Source: an uncultured Acidobacteriota bacterium (GTDB lineage: Bacteria > Acidobacteriota > Thermoanaerobaculia > Multivoradales > DATKCC01). Taken from it: a stretch of DNA of 64,000 nucleotides. Both the position numbers and the translations under genes were made by a program. The notes beneath the pieces are model-generated. The model was not told the DNA's origin. It ran no database searches and saw only the letters and a list, made by a program, of their open reading frames with translations. The stretch is taken from the NCBI GenBank assembly GCA_963837945.1, contig CAWIQD010000009.1, positions 64,529-128,528 of the forward strand, written 5' to 3'. Shown one piece after another: positions 17,874 through 28,700 of this stretch (positions are counted from its first letter, which is position 1; each line of letters opens with the position of its first letter).

Positions 17874-19912
17874 GCCCCGCGGCTTCCGATCGCGGGCCGG
17901 CGGCCGGGGGGGCCGGCGAGGCTCCGGACGAGACCGTCCGGCGGGTCGTGGTGGGCACGGCCGGGCACATCGACCACGGCAAGACTCGCTTGGTCCAGGC
18001 CCTGACCGGCATCGACTGCGACCGCTGGGCCGAGGAGAAGGAGCGCGGGATCACCATCGACCTCGGGTTCGCGCACCTCGAGCGCGAGCTCCCCGACGGC
18101 TCGACCCTCCAGATCGGCTTCATCGACGTCCCGGGCCACGAGCGCTTCCTGCGCAACGCGCTCGCCGGGCTGGGGGGCATCCGGGTGATGCTCCTGGTGG
18201 TGGCGGCCGACGAAGGCGTCAAGCCCCAGACCCGGGAGCACCTCGCGATCTGCTCGTTGCTCGGCATCCCGGCCGGCCTGGTCGCCCTCACCAAGGTCGA
18301 CCTGGTCGAGCCCGACCTGGTCGAGCTCGCCCGCATGGAGGTCGAGGAGCTCCTCGAGCCCACACCCTACGCCGGGGCCGAGATCCTGGCCGTGTCGAGC
18401 GTCACCGGCGAGGGGATCGAGCCGCTCGAGCGGGCGCTGGTCGAGCTCGCCGCCGCCCGGGCGCGCAGCCCCGCCGGCGATCCGGCCCTCGCCCTGCCCG
18501 CCCGCCTGCCGATCGACCGCGCCTTCCACCTCAAAGGGCTGGGCGTGGTGGTCACCGGCACGCTCACCAGCGGACGGATCGCGGTGGGCGACAGCCTGGA
18601 GATCCTGCCCGAGCCCGCCACCCTCGCCCGGGTGCGAAGCATCCAGGTCCACGGGCGGGCGAGGAGCGAGGCGTTGGCCGGCGAGCGTTCGGCGCTCCAG
18701 CTCGCCGGCGTGGCGCTCGAGGAGCTCGAGCGCGGCGAGGCAGCGGCGACGCCGGGGCGCTTCGAGGCCACCCGCCGGCTGCTGGCCGAGGTCCGGCTCC
18801 TCCCCGACGCGCCGGAGCCTCTGCGCGGCTTCACGCCCGTGCGCGTCCACCTGCTCTCGAGCGAGGTGGTGGGCAAGCTCCGCCCCCTGCCCCGGGGAGA
18901 CCGCCCGGGCGAGATCGTCCCGGGAGGCTCCGGCCTGGCGGAGGTCCGCCTGAGCGAGCCCCTGGTGGCGATCCGCGGCGACCGGCTGATCCTGCGCCGG
19001 CCGTCGCCCGAGACGACCCTGGGCGGCGGCCGGGTGCTCGATCCGCGGCCGGGCGCCCGGCGGCTGCGCGACCTGGCGGCGGCGGGCGAGGCGCTGCGCA
19101 TGGGTGAGGCCGACGACGGCGAAACGACCGCCGGCGCCCTCCTCCACTGGGCGCGGGAGGCCGGGGCCGCCGGGCTCGCCGCCGAGGAGGCCGCCCGCCG
19201 CCTGGGGGTGGAGCCGGCCGAGGTCGCCCGCCGCCTCGCCGCCCTGGCCGGCGAGCAGAAGCTCCTGGCGGTGCCGGAAGGCGCGGGGGGCGGGAGGACG
19301 CGCCGCTGGATCGCCCCGGCGGCCTACCGCGAGATCGCCGAGCGGGCGGCGAAGACCCTCGCCGCCTACTTCGAGCGCGACCGCCTGGCCCGTGGCGTGC
19401 CCAAGGCCGAGGCGGTGCGCCGGATCCTCCCCGGGCGGGCCGCCGAGCTCGCCGACGTGTACCTCGAGTGGCTGAGGGCCCAGAACGTGCTCGCGGTCGA
19501 CGGCGACCTGGTGACCCTGCCCGGGCGGCAGGCCGAGCTGACCGGCGAGGAATCGAGCCTCGCCCGGTCGGTCGTCGAGCGCTTCGCCGCCGCCGGCCTG
19601 ACCCCGGGCTCCCCCGAGGAGATCGGCCGGCAGATCGGAGCCAAGCCGCAGATCCTCGACGGCGTGGTGCGCTACCTGACCGAGCGGGGCCGGCTGGTCC
19701 GGCTGCCCGGCGGGCTCCTGGTCGCGGCCTCGGCGATCGAGAAACTCCGCGGCGACCTCGAGTCGACCGGCTGGGAGCGGTTCTCCGTGCCCCAGTTCAA
19801 GGACCACTTCGGGCTCAGCCGCAAGTGGGCGATCCCGCTCCTCGAGCACCTCGACTCGACCGGTGCCACCCGGCGCCTGGGCGACGAGCGGATGATCGTC
19901 CGCCGCCGCTGA
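17870..19912 (+). CDS. selB: selenocysteine-specific translation elongation factor SelB
   Basis: GTAGHIDHGKT (G1), DVPGHERF (G3), TKVD (G4) in an EF-Tu-like GTPase. Followed by ~330 aa of winged-helix C-terminal domains ending ...WAIPLLEHLDSTGATRR. ATG overlaps the previous stop (ATGA). Confidence 0.85.
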   Translation: MSPAASDRGPAAGGAGEAPDETVRRVVVGTAGHIDHGKTRLVQALTGIDCDRWAEEKERGITIDLGFAHLERELPDGSTLQIGFIDVPGHERFLRNALAGLGGIRVMLLVVAADEGVKPQTREHLAICSLLGIPAGLVALTKVDLVEPDLVELARMEVEELLEPTPYAGAEILAVSSVTGEGIEPLERALVELAAARARSPAGDPALALPARLPIDRAFHLKGLGVVVTGTLTSGRIAVGDSLEILPEPATLARVRSIQVHGRARSEALAGERSALQLAGVALEELERGEAAATPGRFEATRRLLAEVRLLPDAPEPLRGFTPVRVHLLSSEVVGKLRPLPRGDRPGEIVPGGSGLAEVRLSEPLVAIRGDRLILRRPSPETTLGGGRVLDPRPGARRLRDLAAAGEALRMGEADDGETTAGALLHWAREAGAAGLAAEEAARRLGVEPAEVARRLAALAGEQKLLAVPEGAGGGRTRRWIAPAAYREIAERAAKTLAAYFERDRLARGVPKAEAVRRILPGRAAELADVYLEWLRAQNVLAVDGDLVTLPGRQAELTGEESSLARSVVERFAAAGLTPGSPEEIGRQIGAKPQILDGVVRYLTERGRLVRLPGGLLVAASAIEKLRGDLESTGWERFSVPQFKDHFGLSRKWAIPLLEHLDSTGATRRLGDERMIVRRR

Positions 19913-19920
19913 CCCGCGCC

Positions 19921-20207
19921 CCCCTTCCCCCCCACCCAGGCGCGGGAGGGGGCGTCCCCTTCCCCCGGGGTGGGAAGGGGATCGAGGGGTTGCGGGGGGA
20001 TCGTCGATCGCGTCCCTCCCCTGGGTGGGAAGGGATCGAGGGGGGGGGCATCCTCCCTTCCCCCCCGTGGGGTGGGAAGGGGATCGAGGGGATGCGGGGG
20101 GCATCCGATCGATCGCGTCCCCTTCCCCCCCGTGGGGTGGGAAGGGGATCGAGGGGATGCGGGGGGCATCCGATCGATCGTCGAGGGGATGCGGGGGGCA
20201 TCCGATC
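19921..20207. repeat. tandem direct repeat array (4-5 units of ~60-66 bp), each unit a strong hairpin CCCCTTCCCCCCC-GTG-GGGTGGGAAGGGG plus GGATGC-G6-GCATCC; G-quadruplex-capable
   Basis: Begins 9 bp after the selB stop. Units nearly identical with no unique spacers, so not CRISPR. Four consecutive G-tracts per unit (GGGG T GGG AA GGGG ATCGA GGGG). Confidence 0.65.
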
Positions 20208-20617
20208 AGGCATCGGGATTGCAGGACTCCGCGGTGTCGTACGAAGCGGACGGTCCTCCGGCCGCCCGCCAACTCGAACGGCAATGAGGCTGCGGTAGGA
20301 CAGCTCCTCCCCCGGTACCCAGTCCCCCGCCGGGGCGCTGTCCCCGCAGCCTCCTCTTTGTTTTGGAGCTCGGGACGGGCGCCTTCCCTGCTGCGAGGCG
20401 CGGAGACGCGCCGTCTCGCGCCGTCCTCGCTCTTCGCTCCCTGCGACGTAGCCGCCGACTACGCCTCGGTCGCTCATCTCTGCGGTGGCACGATCCGACA
20501 CCCCTCCGGGCCTCTCGCGACGGGAAGGCGTCCGACCCGAGCTCCGCGCAACCGTTCCGCTTCCTTCGACCTATGGACACCTGATCCGCGCAGGGTGCCG
20601 GGGAGGCCGAGATCGGG

Positions 20618-21059
20618 GTGACGGGGCAGGGTAGGATTGGGGTCGACTTCGGGTTCGACCGTGAAGAAACTGCACTGGAGGCGGGGGTGAAACGAGTCGC
20701 CGTGTTGGGTGCGTCGCCCGACCACAGGAAGTTCGGCAACAAGAGCGTACGGGCGCACGCTCGAGGCGGGGTGGGAGGTCTTCCCCGTCAATCCGAAGGC
20801 CGAGGAGACGGCGGGCCTCGCGGCCTACCGGTCGCTCGCCGAGGTCCCGGTGCCGGTCGAGCGCATCACCGTCTATCTGCCGCCGCCGGTGACCATGAAG
20901 CTGCTGCCGGAGATCGCCGCCGCCGGGGCGCAGGAGGTCTGGTTCAATCCGGGCGCCGCCGACGCCGCCGTGCTCGCGCGCGCCCGAGAGCTCGGCATCC
21001 CGGCGATCGACGGGTGCAGCATCGTCGACCTCGGCCTGTCCCCATCCATGTTTCCCTGA
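20618..21059 (+). CDS. CoA-binding domain protein (YccU-like); apparent 1-nt frameshift near 20745-20755
   Basis: N-terminal KRVAVLGASPDHRKFGNKSVRA in one frame continues as YGRTLEAGWEVFPVNPKAEE...VWFNPGAADAAVLARARELGIPAIDGCSIV in the next frame. Confidence 0.55.
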
Positions 21060-21071
21060 AAGGACGTCGCG

Positions 21072-21224
21072 ATGAGCAGAAACTCACTCGGAGTGAAGAT
21101 CCTGGCCGTCTACCTGATCCTCGTGGGCATCGTCCTGCTGCTCAGCCTGGCCATTCCGTACTGGTCGATCATCCAGGGCATCCTGGCGCTGGTGGCGGGC
21201 ATCCTGCTCCTCGTCGGCCGGTAG
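21072..21224 (+). CDS. small hydrophobic membrane protein (50 aa)
   Basis: MSRNSLGVKILAVYLILVGIVLLLSLAIPYWSIIQGILALVAGILLLVGR. AAAGGA sits 8 nt upstream. Its stop overlaps the GTG of the next gene (TAGTG). Confidence 0.35.
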   Translation: MSRNSLGVKILAVYLILVGIVLLLSLAIPYWSIIQGILALVAGILLLVGR

Positions 21225-21802
21225 TGTTCGACCTGTTCTCCCTGCTCGGCGACGCGGTCTGGCTGGCGCCGGTCCTGATCTTCGCGGCGCGGGTGAGCGA
21301 CGTCTCGCTGGGGACGTTCCGGATCATCCTGATCTCGCGCGGGATGAGCCGGTGGGCGGCGTTCACCGGCTTCTTCGAAAGCTTCATCTGGCTGGTCGCG
21401 CTCTCCCAGGTCTTCCAGCACCTCGATCACCCGCTCAACTACGTGGCCTACGCCGGCGGCTACGCCACCGGCACCGGGGTGGGCGTGGTGCTCGAGCGCC
21501 GGGTCGCCCTCGGGCTGGTCGCGGTCCGGATCATCACCCGCGAGGATGCCTCGGGGCTGACCGAGGCGCTCCGCACCGAGAGCTTCGGCGTGACCCGGGT
21601 TGCGGCGCGCGGGCTCCACGGCCGGGTGCGCCTGATCTTCACGATCGCCAAGCGCAAGAACCTGACCCGGCTGCTCGACATCATCCGGGCGAACAACCCG
21701 AAGGCGTTCGTGTCGGTGTCCGACGTCCGAGCCGCCGAGGAGGGCTACCTGCCCTCGTCGTCGCGCGGCAACTTGCTCTGGGGGTTGATGAAGAGGAAGT
21801 AA
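21224..21802 (+). CDS. DUF2179 domain protein (UPF0316 family)
   Basis: C-terminal ...LTRLLDIIRANNPKAFVSVSDVRAAEEGY resembles UPF0316 (…NDPKAFITVTDVR…). Membrane N-terminal half. GTG start. Confidence 0.6.
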   Translation: MFDLFSLLGDAVWLAPVLIFAARVSDVSLGTFRIILISRGMSRWAAFTGFFESFIWLVALSQVFQHLDHPLNYVAYAGGYATGTGVGVVLERRVALGLVAVRIITREDASGLTEALRTESFGVTRVAARGLHGRVRLIFTIAKRKNLTRLLDIIRANNPKAFVSVSDVRAAEEGYLPSSSRGNLLWGLMKRK

Positions 21803-21920
21803 GGCCGGGGCCGGGCCGGGGTCGGACTCTTCGGGAGGGGTGGTTGGAGCGTGGCAGTCCTCGGGAGGCGGGAGCGGCGGTCGGAAGGCGGCGGGGATCG
21901 GGGGTCGGGGTCGGTGCCGG

Positions 21921-22170
21921 GGGGCCGAGACGGAGCTCGGCCCGGCAGCTGGGGTGCGAAACGTGGCCGAAGTGTGCCTCCGCAGGAGGGCTCGGTGCGG
22001 GTCATACCGGTCGCCCGGCCGAGGCAGAGCTCGGCCGCTTCATCCGGGATCGCCCTATCGCAACGCTACCCGCGTTGACCGGCAGGGCTCTCCGCCGCCT
22101 GAAGAGTTGTCCCTCCCGCCACGCTACCAACGGTTGAAGCGGCCGAGCTCTGCCTCGGCCGGCCCGACGG
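21921..22170. repeat. REP-like element cluster (two forward cores and one inverted core of GGCCGAG-N6-CTCGGCC)
   Basis: ggccgagacggagctcggcc, cgcccggccgaggcagagctcggccgcttcatccggg, and inverted ttgaagcggccgagctctgcctcggccggcc. Confidence 0.7.
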
Positions 22171-22440
22171 TCCCCACGGCGACGAACGATTCGCTAGGAC
22201 GCATCGCCCACCCTTTCAACCGCCGACCCCGCCGATCCCCCCTTCTCCTCTTCAGGGCGAGCTGGCCAGTCCGACCCCGGAGGGCCGGGGGCTCCCGCCC
22301 GGCGACGTCATGGACCGCGCGCTCGAGGACTCCCCAGAGTCCGGGTGGGACAAGCGCGGGCCATGCCGAGGCGCGGCTCCTCCGCCCCGAAGTTCTAGCA
22401 AGCCGCGCCGTTCGCAAGGGCGGGAGCCCCCGGCCCGGCC

Positions 22441-25128
22441 CTACCCCTTCGCCTCGTACCAGCTCGCCCCCCACCCCACGTCCACCGCGAGCGGCACGTC
22501 CAGCTCGCACACCCCGCACATCTCCGCCTTCGCCAGCTCCGCCACCGCCTCGACCTCCCCCTCCGGCACCTCGAGCACCAGCTCGTCGTGCACCGTCAGC
22601 AGCAGCTTGGCCCCCGGGCGCTCCTCGCGCAGGCGCCGGTCGAGCCGGATCATCGCCAGCTTCATGATGTCGGCCGCCGTGCCCTGGATCGGCGCGTTGA
22701 TCGCCATGCGCTCGGCGTTTTCCCGCAGCATCCGGTTCTTGCTCGCGACGTCCGGCAGGTGGCGCACGCGGCCGTAGAGGGTCTCGACCCTGCCCTCGCT
22801 CCGCGCCTTGGCGAGCGTCTCCTCCCGGTAGCGCTCGACGCCGGCGTAGCGCGCGAGGTATGCCTTGATGAACGCCTCCGCCTCGGCGCGCGAGATCCCC
22901 AGGTTCTGGGCAAGGCCGTAGGCGCTCATGCCGTACATGATCCCGAAGTTGATGGTCTTGGCCGCCCGGCGCTGCTCGGGGTTGACCAGCGCGGGATCGA
23001 CGCCGAGCACCGCGGCGGCGGTCGTCCGGTGGATGTCCTCGCCCCGGCGGAACGACTCGATCAGCGCCGGCTCGCGTGCGATGTGGGCGAGGATCCGCAG
23101 CTCGACCTGGCTGTAGTCCGCCGCGAGCAGCACGTGGCCCGGCGCGGCGACGAACGCCCTGCGGATGCGCTGGCCGAGCTCCGTGCGCACCGGGATGTTC
23201 TGGAGGTTCGGGTTGGCCGAGGAGAGGCGGCCGGTCGCCGCCACCGCCTGGTTGAAGCGGGTGTGGAGGCGCCCGTCGGCGGCGACCAAGACGGGCAGCG
23301 CGTCGACGTAGGTCGACTTGAGCTTGGTCAGCTCGCGGTAGCGCAGGAGCAGCAGCGGCAGCTGGTAGCCGCGCCCCGCGAGCTCCTCGAGGATCTCGGC
23401 GCCGGTGGCGTAGCTCTTCGTCTTCCGGGTGCGCTTGATCACCGGGTAGCCGAGCTTCTCGAACAGGATGACGCCGAGCTGCTGCGGCGAAGCGACGTTG
23501 AACTCCTCCCCGGCCACGTCGTAGATCCCGCGCTCGAGCTCGCCGATCTCGGCCCCCAGCTCCTCGGACATGGCGGCCAGGTAGTCGCAGTCGAGCCGCA
23601 CCCCGCGCTCCTCCATCCCCAGGAGCACCGGCAGGAGCGGGGCCTCGATCTCGCGGTAGACGCGCGCGAGCGCCGCGCTCTCGACCGCTTCGAGCTCGGC
23701 GCGCGAGCTCTCGGCCAGCTGGGCACCCAGGTGGAGGCGCTCGCCGGCGAGCGCGGCGAGACGCGAGTCGCCGACCGGCGGCGGCCCCTGCTTGTCCCAG
23801 CCCGCGTCCTTCTCGGTCAGCGCCCGCCGGCCCAGGCGCTCGAGCGCCATCTCCTCGAAGCCGTGGCCGTGGACCGCCGGCCGGATCAGGTAGGAGACCA
23901 GCATGACGTCGAACAGCTCCGCCGCCACCTCGAGCTCGCCGATCTCGCCTCCATGGGCGGCGGCCGCCGCCGGCCGGAGCACCTCCTTCAGGTCGTGGCC
24001 GACGAGCTCGCGCTCCGGATCGGCGGCCCACCCGGTCAGGGTTTCGAGCGCCGCCGCCGCCATGCCGTCGCGCCGGAGGTCGGCGAGCCAGACCTTCGCG
24101 CCTCCGTCGCCCACCCCGTCGGCCGGCCCCACCGCGATGCCGAGGGCCTCGTCGCCGCCCAGCCGCGCCACGCCGATGCGCGGTCCCAGGGCTCCGGCCG
24201 TCGCCCTCCAGGCCGCGGGATCGACGATCTCGACCGCCGCCGGCATCTCCTCCTGCGCCGCCGCGTCCCGGTCGAGCTCCTCGACCAGGCTGAAGAACTC
24301 GAGGTCGGCGAACAGCTGCCGCAGGGCCTCGGCGTCCGGCGGGTCGTGGTGCAGGTCCTCGGGGTCGAAGGCGACGTCGAGGTCGGTGTGGATGGTCACC
24401 AGCTCCTGCGAGAGGAGCGCCTGGTCGCGGTTCGTCTCGAGCGACTCCCGGTAGCTCTTGCGGGAGATCTCGGAGGCGTGATCGAGGAGGGCGGCGAGCG
24501 AGCCGTGCTCCCGGATCAGCGCCTTCGCGCCCTTCTCCCCGATGCCGGGCACTCCCGGCACGTTGTCCGAGGCGTCGCCCATCAGCGCCAGCACGTCGAC
24601 CACCTTCTCCGGCGGCACGCCGAAGTCCTCCTCGACGAGCGCCGCGTCATAGAGCTTGTTGCGGCCGGTGTGCATCAGGGAGACGTTGGGGCCGACGAGC
24701 TGCATCAGGTCCTTGTCCGCCGAGACCAGCACCACCTGGTAGCCCGCCGCCGACGCCTTCTTCGCCAGCGTGCCGAGCACGTCGTCGGCCTCGTAGCGCT
24801 CCATCTCCAGGATCGGGATGCGGTAGGCCTCGAGCGCCTTGCGGATCCAGGGGATCTGCGGGCGCAGCTCCTCCGGCATGGGGGCGCGGTGGGCCTTGTA
24901 GTCCTGGTAGCGCTCGGTGCGCACGGTCTGCGAGGAGACGTCGAGCGCCACGCCCACGTGCTCGGGCCGCTCCTCACGCAGGAGCTTGCGGAGCATCTGG
25001 ATGAAGCCGTAGACGGCGTTGGTCGGCTCGCCGCGCGAGTTGGAGAGGTTGCGGATCGCGTAGAAGGCGCGGAAGATGTTCGAGTAGCCGTCGATCAGGA
25101 ACAGGCGTGGAGCGGTCGGATCGGCCAT
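22441..25128 (-). CDS. polA: DNA polymerase I
   Basis: 5'-3' exonuclease N-terminus (LFLIDGYSNIFRAFYA, DASDNVPGVPGIGEKGA). Polymerase motifs A (LLAADYSQVELRILAH), B (RRAAKTINFGIMYG) and C (LLTVHDELVLE). Confidence 0.9.
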   Translation of the reverse strand: MADPTAPRLFLIDGYSNIFRAFYAIRNLSNSRGEPTNAVYGFIQMLRKLLREERPEHVGVALDVSSQTVRTERYQDYKAHRAPMPEELRPQIPWIRKALEAYRIPILEMERYEADDVLGTLAKKASAAGYQVVLVSADKDLMQLVGPNVSLMHTGRNKLYDAALVEEDFGVPPEKVVDVLALMGDASDNVPGVPGIGEKGAKALIREHGSLAALLDHASEISRKSYRESLETNRDQALLSQELVTIHTDLDVAFDPEDLHHDPPDAEALRQLFADLEFFSLVEELDRDAAAQEEMPAAVEIVDPAAWRATAGALGPRIGVARLGGDEALGIAVGPADGVGDGGAKVWLADLRRDGMAAAALETLTGWAADPERELVGHDLKEVLRPAAAAAHGGEIGELEVAAELFDVMLVSYLIRPAVHGHGFEEMALERLGRRALTEKDAGWDKQGPPPVGDSRLAALAGERLHLGAQLAESSRAELEAVESAALARVYREIEAPLLPVLLGMEERGVRLDCDYLAAMSEELGAEIGELERGIYDVAGEEFNVASPQQLGVILFEKLGYPVIKRTRKTKSYATGAEILEELAGRGYQLPLLLLRYRELTKLKSTYVDALPVLVAADGRLHTRFNQAVAATGRLSSANPNLQNIPVRTELGQRIRRAFVAAPGHVLLAADYSQVELRILAHIAREPALIESFRRGEDIHRTTAAAVLGVDPALVNPEQRRAAKTINFGIMYGMSAYGLAQNLGISRAEAEAFIKAYLARYAGVERYREETLAKARSEGRVETLYGRVRHLPDVASKNRMLRENAERMAINAPIQGTAADIMKLAMIRLDRRLREERPGAKLLLTVHDELVLEVPEGEVEAVAELAKAEMCGVCELDVPLAVDVGWGASWYEAKG

Positions 25129-25243
25129 CCGCCGGATTGTATCTTGCGGGTATGGGCAGCCTCCGGCACGGATCTTGGATCGATCCTTGCCCCGGGGGAC
25201 GCTCCACTCCGCAGTCCAACTTCGTCTCCGAGGAGGGAACCGA

Positions 25244-25492
25244 ATGGGACTCGTCTACTGGATCCTCATGGGCCTGATCGCCGGGGCCATCGCCAAGCTC
25301 TTGACGCCGGGAAGGGACCCGGGCGGCTGCATCATCACCATCCTGATCGGCGTCGCCGGCGCGCTGATCGGCGGCTTCCTGGCCACCCTGCTGGGGTTCG
25401 GCGGGCTGACCGGGTTCGACCTGCGCAGCCTGGTGATCGCCACCCTGGGCGCGATCATCCTGCTGGTGGTGTTCCGGGCGCTGCGCCGCTGA
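25244..25492 (+). CDS. GlsB/YeaQ/YmgE family stress-response membrane protein
   Basis: MGLVYWILMGLIAGAIAKLLTPGRDPGGCIITILIGVAGALIGGFLA is the transglycosylase-associated/GlsB signature. Perfect RBS GAGGAGGG 6 nt upstream of the ATG at 25244. Confidence 0.7.
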   Translation: MGLVYWILMGLIAGAIAKLLTPGRDPGGCIITILIGVAGALIGGFLATLLGFGGLTGFDLRSLVIATLGAIILLVVFRALRR

Positions 25493-25574
25493 GCCAAAAC
25501 CCCGAGCAACGAGCCGAGCTCTTCCCGCGCGCGGCAGGGATCGGCTCTCGACTCCGAAGAGTCGCTCGATGCCC

Positions 25575-25740
25575 ACCTGGGAGATCGCCCGGCCGAGACA
25601 GAGCTCGGCCGCTTCATGGGTTGGGTGCCGAGGCCGACTGGAGGCGGCGAGGGGATGCGGGGGCATCCGGCCCACAGGCACCGTCGGGTGCCCCGCGGCC
25701 CGTTCGCCCGGCCGAGACAGAGCTCGGCCGCTTCATGGGT
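25575..25740. repeat. REP-like element cluster (two forward cores) with embedded GGATGC-G5-GCATCC hairpin
   Basis: gatcgcccggccgagacagagctcggccgcttcatggg twice. Between them cgaggggatgcgggggcatcc, the same hairpin seen in the selB-downstream array. Confidence 0.7.
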
Positions 25741-25795
25741 TCGGAGTGTTTCCGCAGCCAGGGGCGTCCGGCCGACGCCCCGGTAGAATGCCGGC

Positions 25796-28700
25796 ATGGC
25801 CCTCCGCGCCGCGCTCGCTCTGCCGCTCGCCCTCGCCCTGACCCTGGCCCCGGCCCGACACGGCTCCGGCGCGCCGGCCGCCGCCGGGAAGGCGCCGGAC
25901 TGGGGACGCGCCGTCGCCCTGCAGCGCCAGGCCCTGGCGCAGCTCGAGAACGAGCAACCGGGCAAGGCGGAGGAGCTCTTCCGGGAGCTCACCCGGGTGG
26001 TGCCCGGAGATCCCATGCCGTGGGCCAACCTGGCGGTCGCGCAGCTCCGCCAGCAGCAGACCGACGACGCCCTCCGCTCGATCGCCCGCGCCATCGAGCT
26101 CGCGCCCGGAAACGGCGAGGTGCTGGCGGTGAAGGGAGCGATCCTCGACTGGACCGGCGACGGCGACGCCGCGCTCGCCGCCTACCGCCAGGCGGCCGAG
26201 CTCGATCCGCGGGACCCGCAGGTCCTCTATGCCCTGCTCCGCGAGGCGACCGCCTCGGGGGACCGGGAAGCCGGCCGCCAGGCGCTCGCCGACCTCGCCA
26301 GGGTGCGTCCCGACAACTTCGTGGTCCTTCTCGAGCGCGGCAAGGCGGCGATCCAGAGCGGCGACCGGGAGGCCGCGAGCGGCGTCTTCCTGCGCGTCCG
26401 CGACCTGGTCTGGCAGGCGCCGCCGGTGGCCGTGACCGCGCTCCAGGGGGTGTTCGACGCCCTCGAGAGCGGCGACGTCTCGAACGCCCGCATCCCCGCG
26501 GCCCGGCTCGAGAACGTCCTCAAGATCACGCCCATGTACCGCGAGAGCCTCCGGGAGCTGTCGAGCGGCATCCAGGGGGTGCCGCTCCAGCACTTCGCCG
26601 GCGAGCCGCCGACCACCTCCTTCGGCGACCCGATCGCGGTGCGCTTCACCGGCGCGCGGCTCTCGGACGTCCCGACCCGGGCCGGCGGCCTCGCCCTGGG
26701 CGACTTCGACGGCGACGGCACCCCCGACGTCGCTCGTCTCCTCGAGCGCAAGGACGGCGGCCTCGAGATCCGCGCGGTGTCCGCCAAGGCCCGGAACGAG
26801 CCGCGGGTCCTGGCCGCGTCCGGGGCGACCGGCCTCCTCGCCGCCGACCTCTGGAACGACGGCGCCCTCGACCTGGTCGCCTTCGGCCCGAAGGGCACGA
26901 CGGTGCTGGCGGGGACGGCCGGAAAGGACGGCGCCGCCGGCCTGGCACCGAGCGACCCGGCGAAGACCGGCCTGGGGAAGGCGGCGGGCAGCGCCGGCGC
27001 GGTCCTCGACTACGACATCGAAGGGGACCTCGACCTTGCCCTGGCGGGCGGCGGGGCCGACGCTCCGGTCGCGCTCTTCCGCAACCCGCTCGACGCCCCG
27101 CTCGAGGACGTCTCCTCCAAGGTCTTCCCGAAGCTCCACTTCCCGGGCGCCCGGGCGCTGGTCGCGAGCGATCTCGACCGCGACGGCGACGTCGACCTGC
27201 TGGCCGGCGGCACGGCCGGCCTGCTCTGGCTCGACAACCTGCGCCAGGGCCGCTTCGTCGACCGCACCGCGGCGGGCGGCCTCGCCGGGGCTTTGCCGGT
27301 CGAGGCGCTGGTCTCGGCCGACCTCGACGGCGACGGCCGGCCGGACGTGGTGGCCGCCGGCCGGGGCGTCGCCCTGTGGCGCCACGCCGGCGACCGGTTC
27401 GAGCGCTGGAACGCTCCCGGCCTGCCCGGAGCCGATGCCGGCAGCTTCACCGCCGCGGTCGCCTTCGACGCGGACAACGACGGCCGCCTCGACCTCGCCC
27501 TGGCCGGCCCGGGCGGCGTCCGCGTCCTCGGCCAGGACGGCAGGGGCGGTTTCCGCACGCTCGCGGTCTCGGGAGGGCCGCCCTCCGCGGCGGCGATCGA
27601 CGCCCTCGACGCCGACGGCGACGGCGACCTCGACCTGGTGGTGGCCGGCCCCGCCGGGCTCCACCTGCTGACCAACGAGGGCGGCAACCGAAACCACTGG
27701 CTCGCGGTGCGGCTGGCGGGGCTCACCCAGGGCAACGGCAAGAACAACGTCCGGGGCGTGGGCGCGACGGTCGAGGTCGAGACCGGCACCGCCTACCAGT
27801 TCCGCGAGCACGATGGGCGGGTGAGCCACTTCGGCATCGGCCGCCTCACCGCCGCCGACGTCCTGCGCGTAGTCTGGAACAACGGTGTGCCCCAGGACCG
27901 GCTCGACGTCGCGGGCAACCAGACGATCACCGAGGAGCAGGTGCTCAAGGGCAGCTGCCCGTTCCTCTATACCTGGAACGGCCGCCGCATCGCCTTCGTG
28001 ACCGACCTGCTCTGGAACGCTCCGGCGGGCCTGCCCGCGGCGCCTGGAGCGTGGATCCCCGCCGACCCCGAGGAGCTGGTGCGGGTCGAGGGCGCCCGGC
28101 CGCTGCCGGGCCGGCCGGGCGTCTACGACCTGCGCATCACCGAGGAGCTCTGGGAGGCGGCCTACTTCGACCTCGCCCGCCTGTGGGTGGTCGACCACCC
28201 GCCCGGAGTCGCGGTCGCCTCGAACCTGCGGGTGGTCCCTGGCGGCGGGCCCCGGCCCGAGCGCGTGCTCGGCACCCGCGACGTGCGGCCGATCGCGGCC
28301 GCCTGGGACGGCGAGGGCCGGGACGTGACCGCCCGGGTGCGCTCGCGCGACTCGGTCTACGCCGACGGCTACCGCCCGAGCGCCTACCAGGGCCTCGCCG
28401 CGGCCCCCTGGAGCCTCACCTTCGATCTCGGCGAGGCGCCGGCGGCGCCGGTGCGCCTGCTGCTCGACGGGTGGATCTTCCCGACCGACGCCAGCATCAA
28501 CATCGCCCTTGCCCAGCGCCACGACCTCGCGCTCGAAGCGCCGAAGCTCGAGGTCGAGACCGCCGCCGGCTGGCGCGTGCTCATGCCCGCCATGGGGCAC
28601 CCCGCCGGCAAGACCAAGACGATGGTGGTCGACACCCCGCCGCTGCCGCCGGGCGCCCACCGGCTCCGGATCACCACCTCGATGTGGATCTCCTGGGACC

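Noticed and set aside
19921-20207. Possible CRISPR array downstream of selB
   Set aside because: Repeat units are ~62 bp and contiguous with no unique spacers. Unit boundaries are irregular. No cas genes. Better explained as a hairpin/G4 tandem repeat.
19913-20617. tRNA-Sec (selC) or other tRNA next to selB
   Set aside because: No T-loop (GGTTCGANTCC) or UCA anticodon-loop signature found on either strand here or elsewhere in the window. The GGAAGGGGATCGAGG resemblance to the selC 5' end is part of the tandem repeat.
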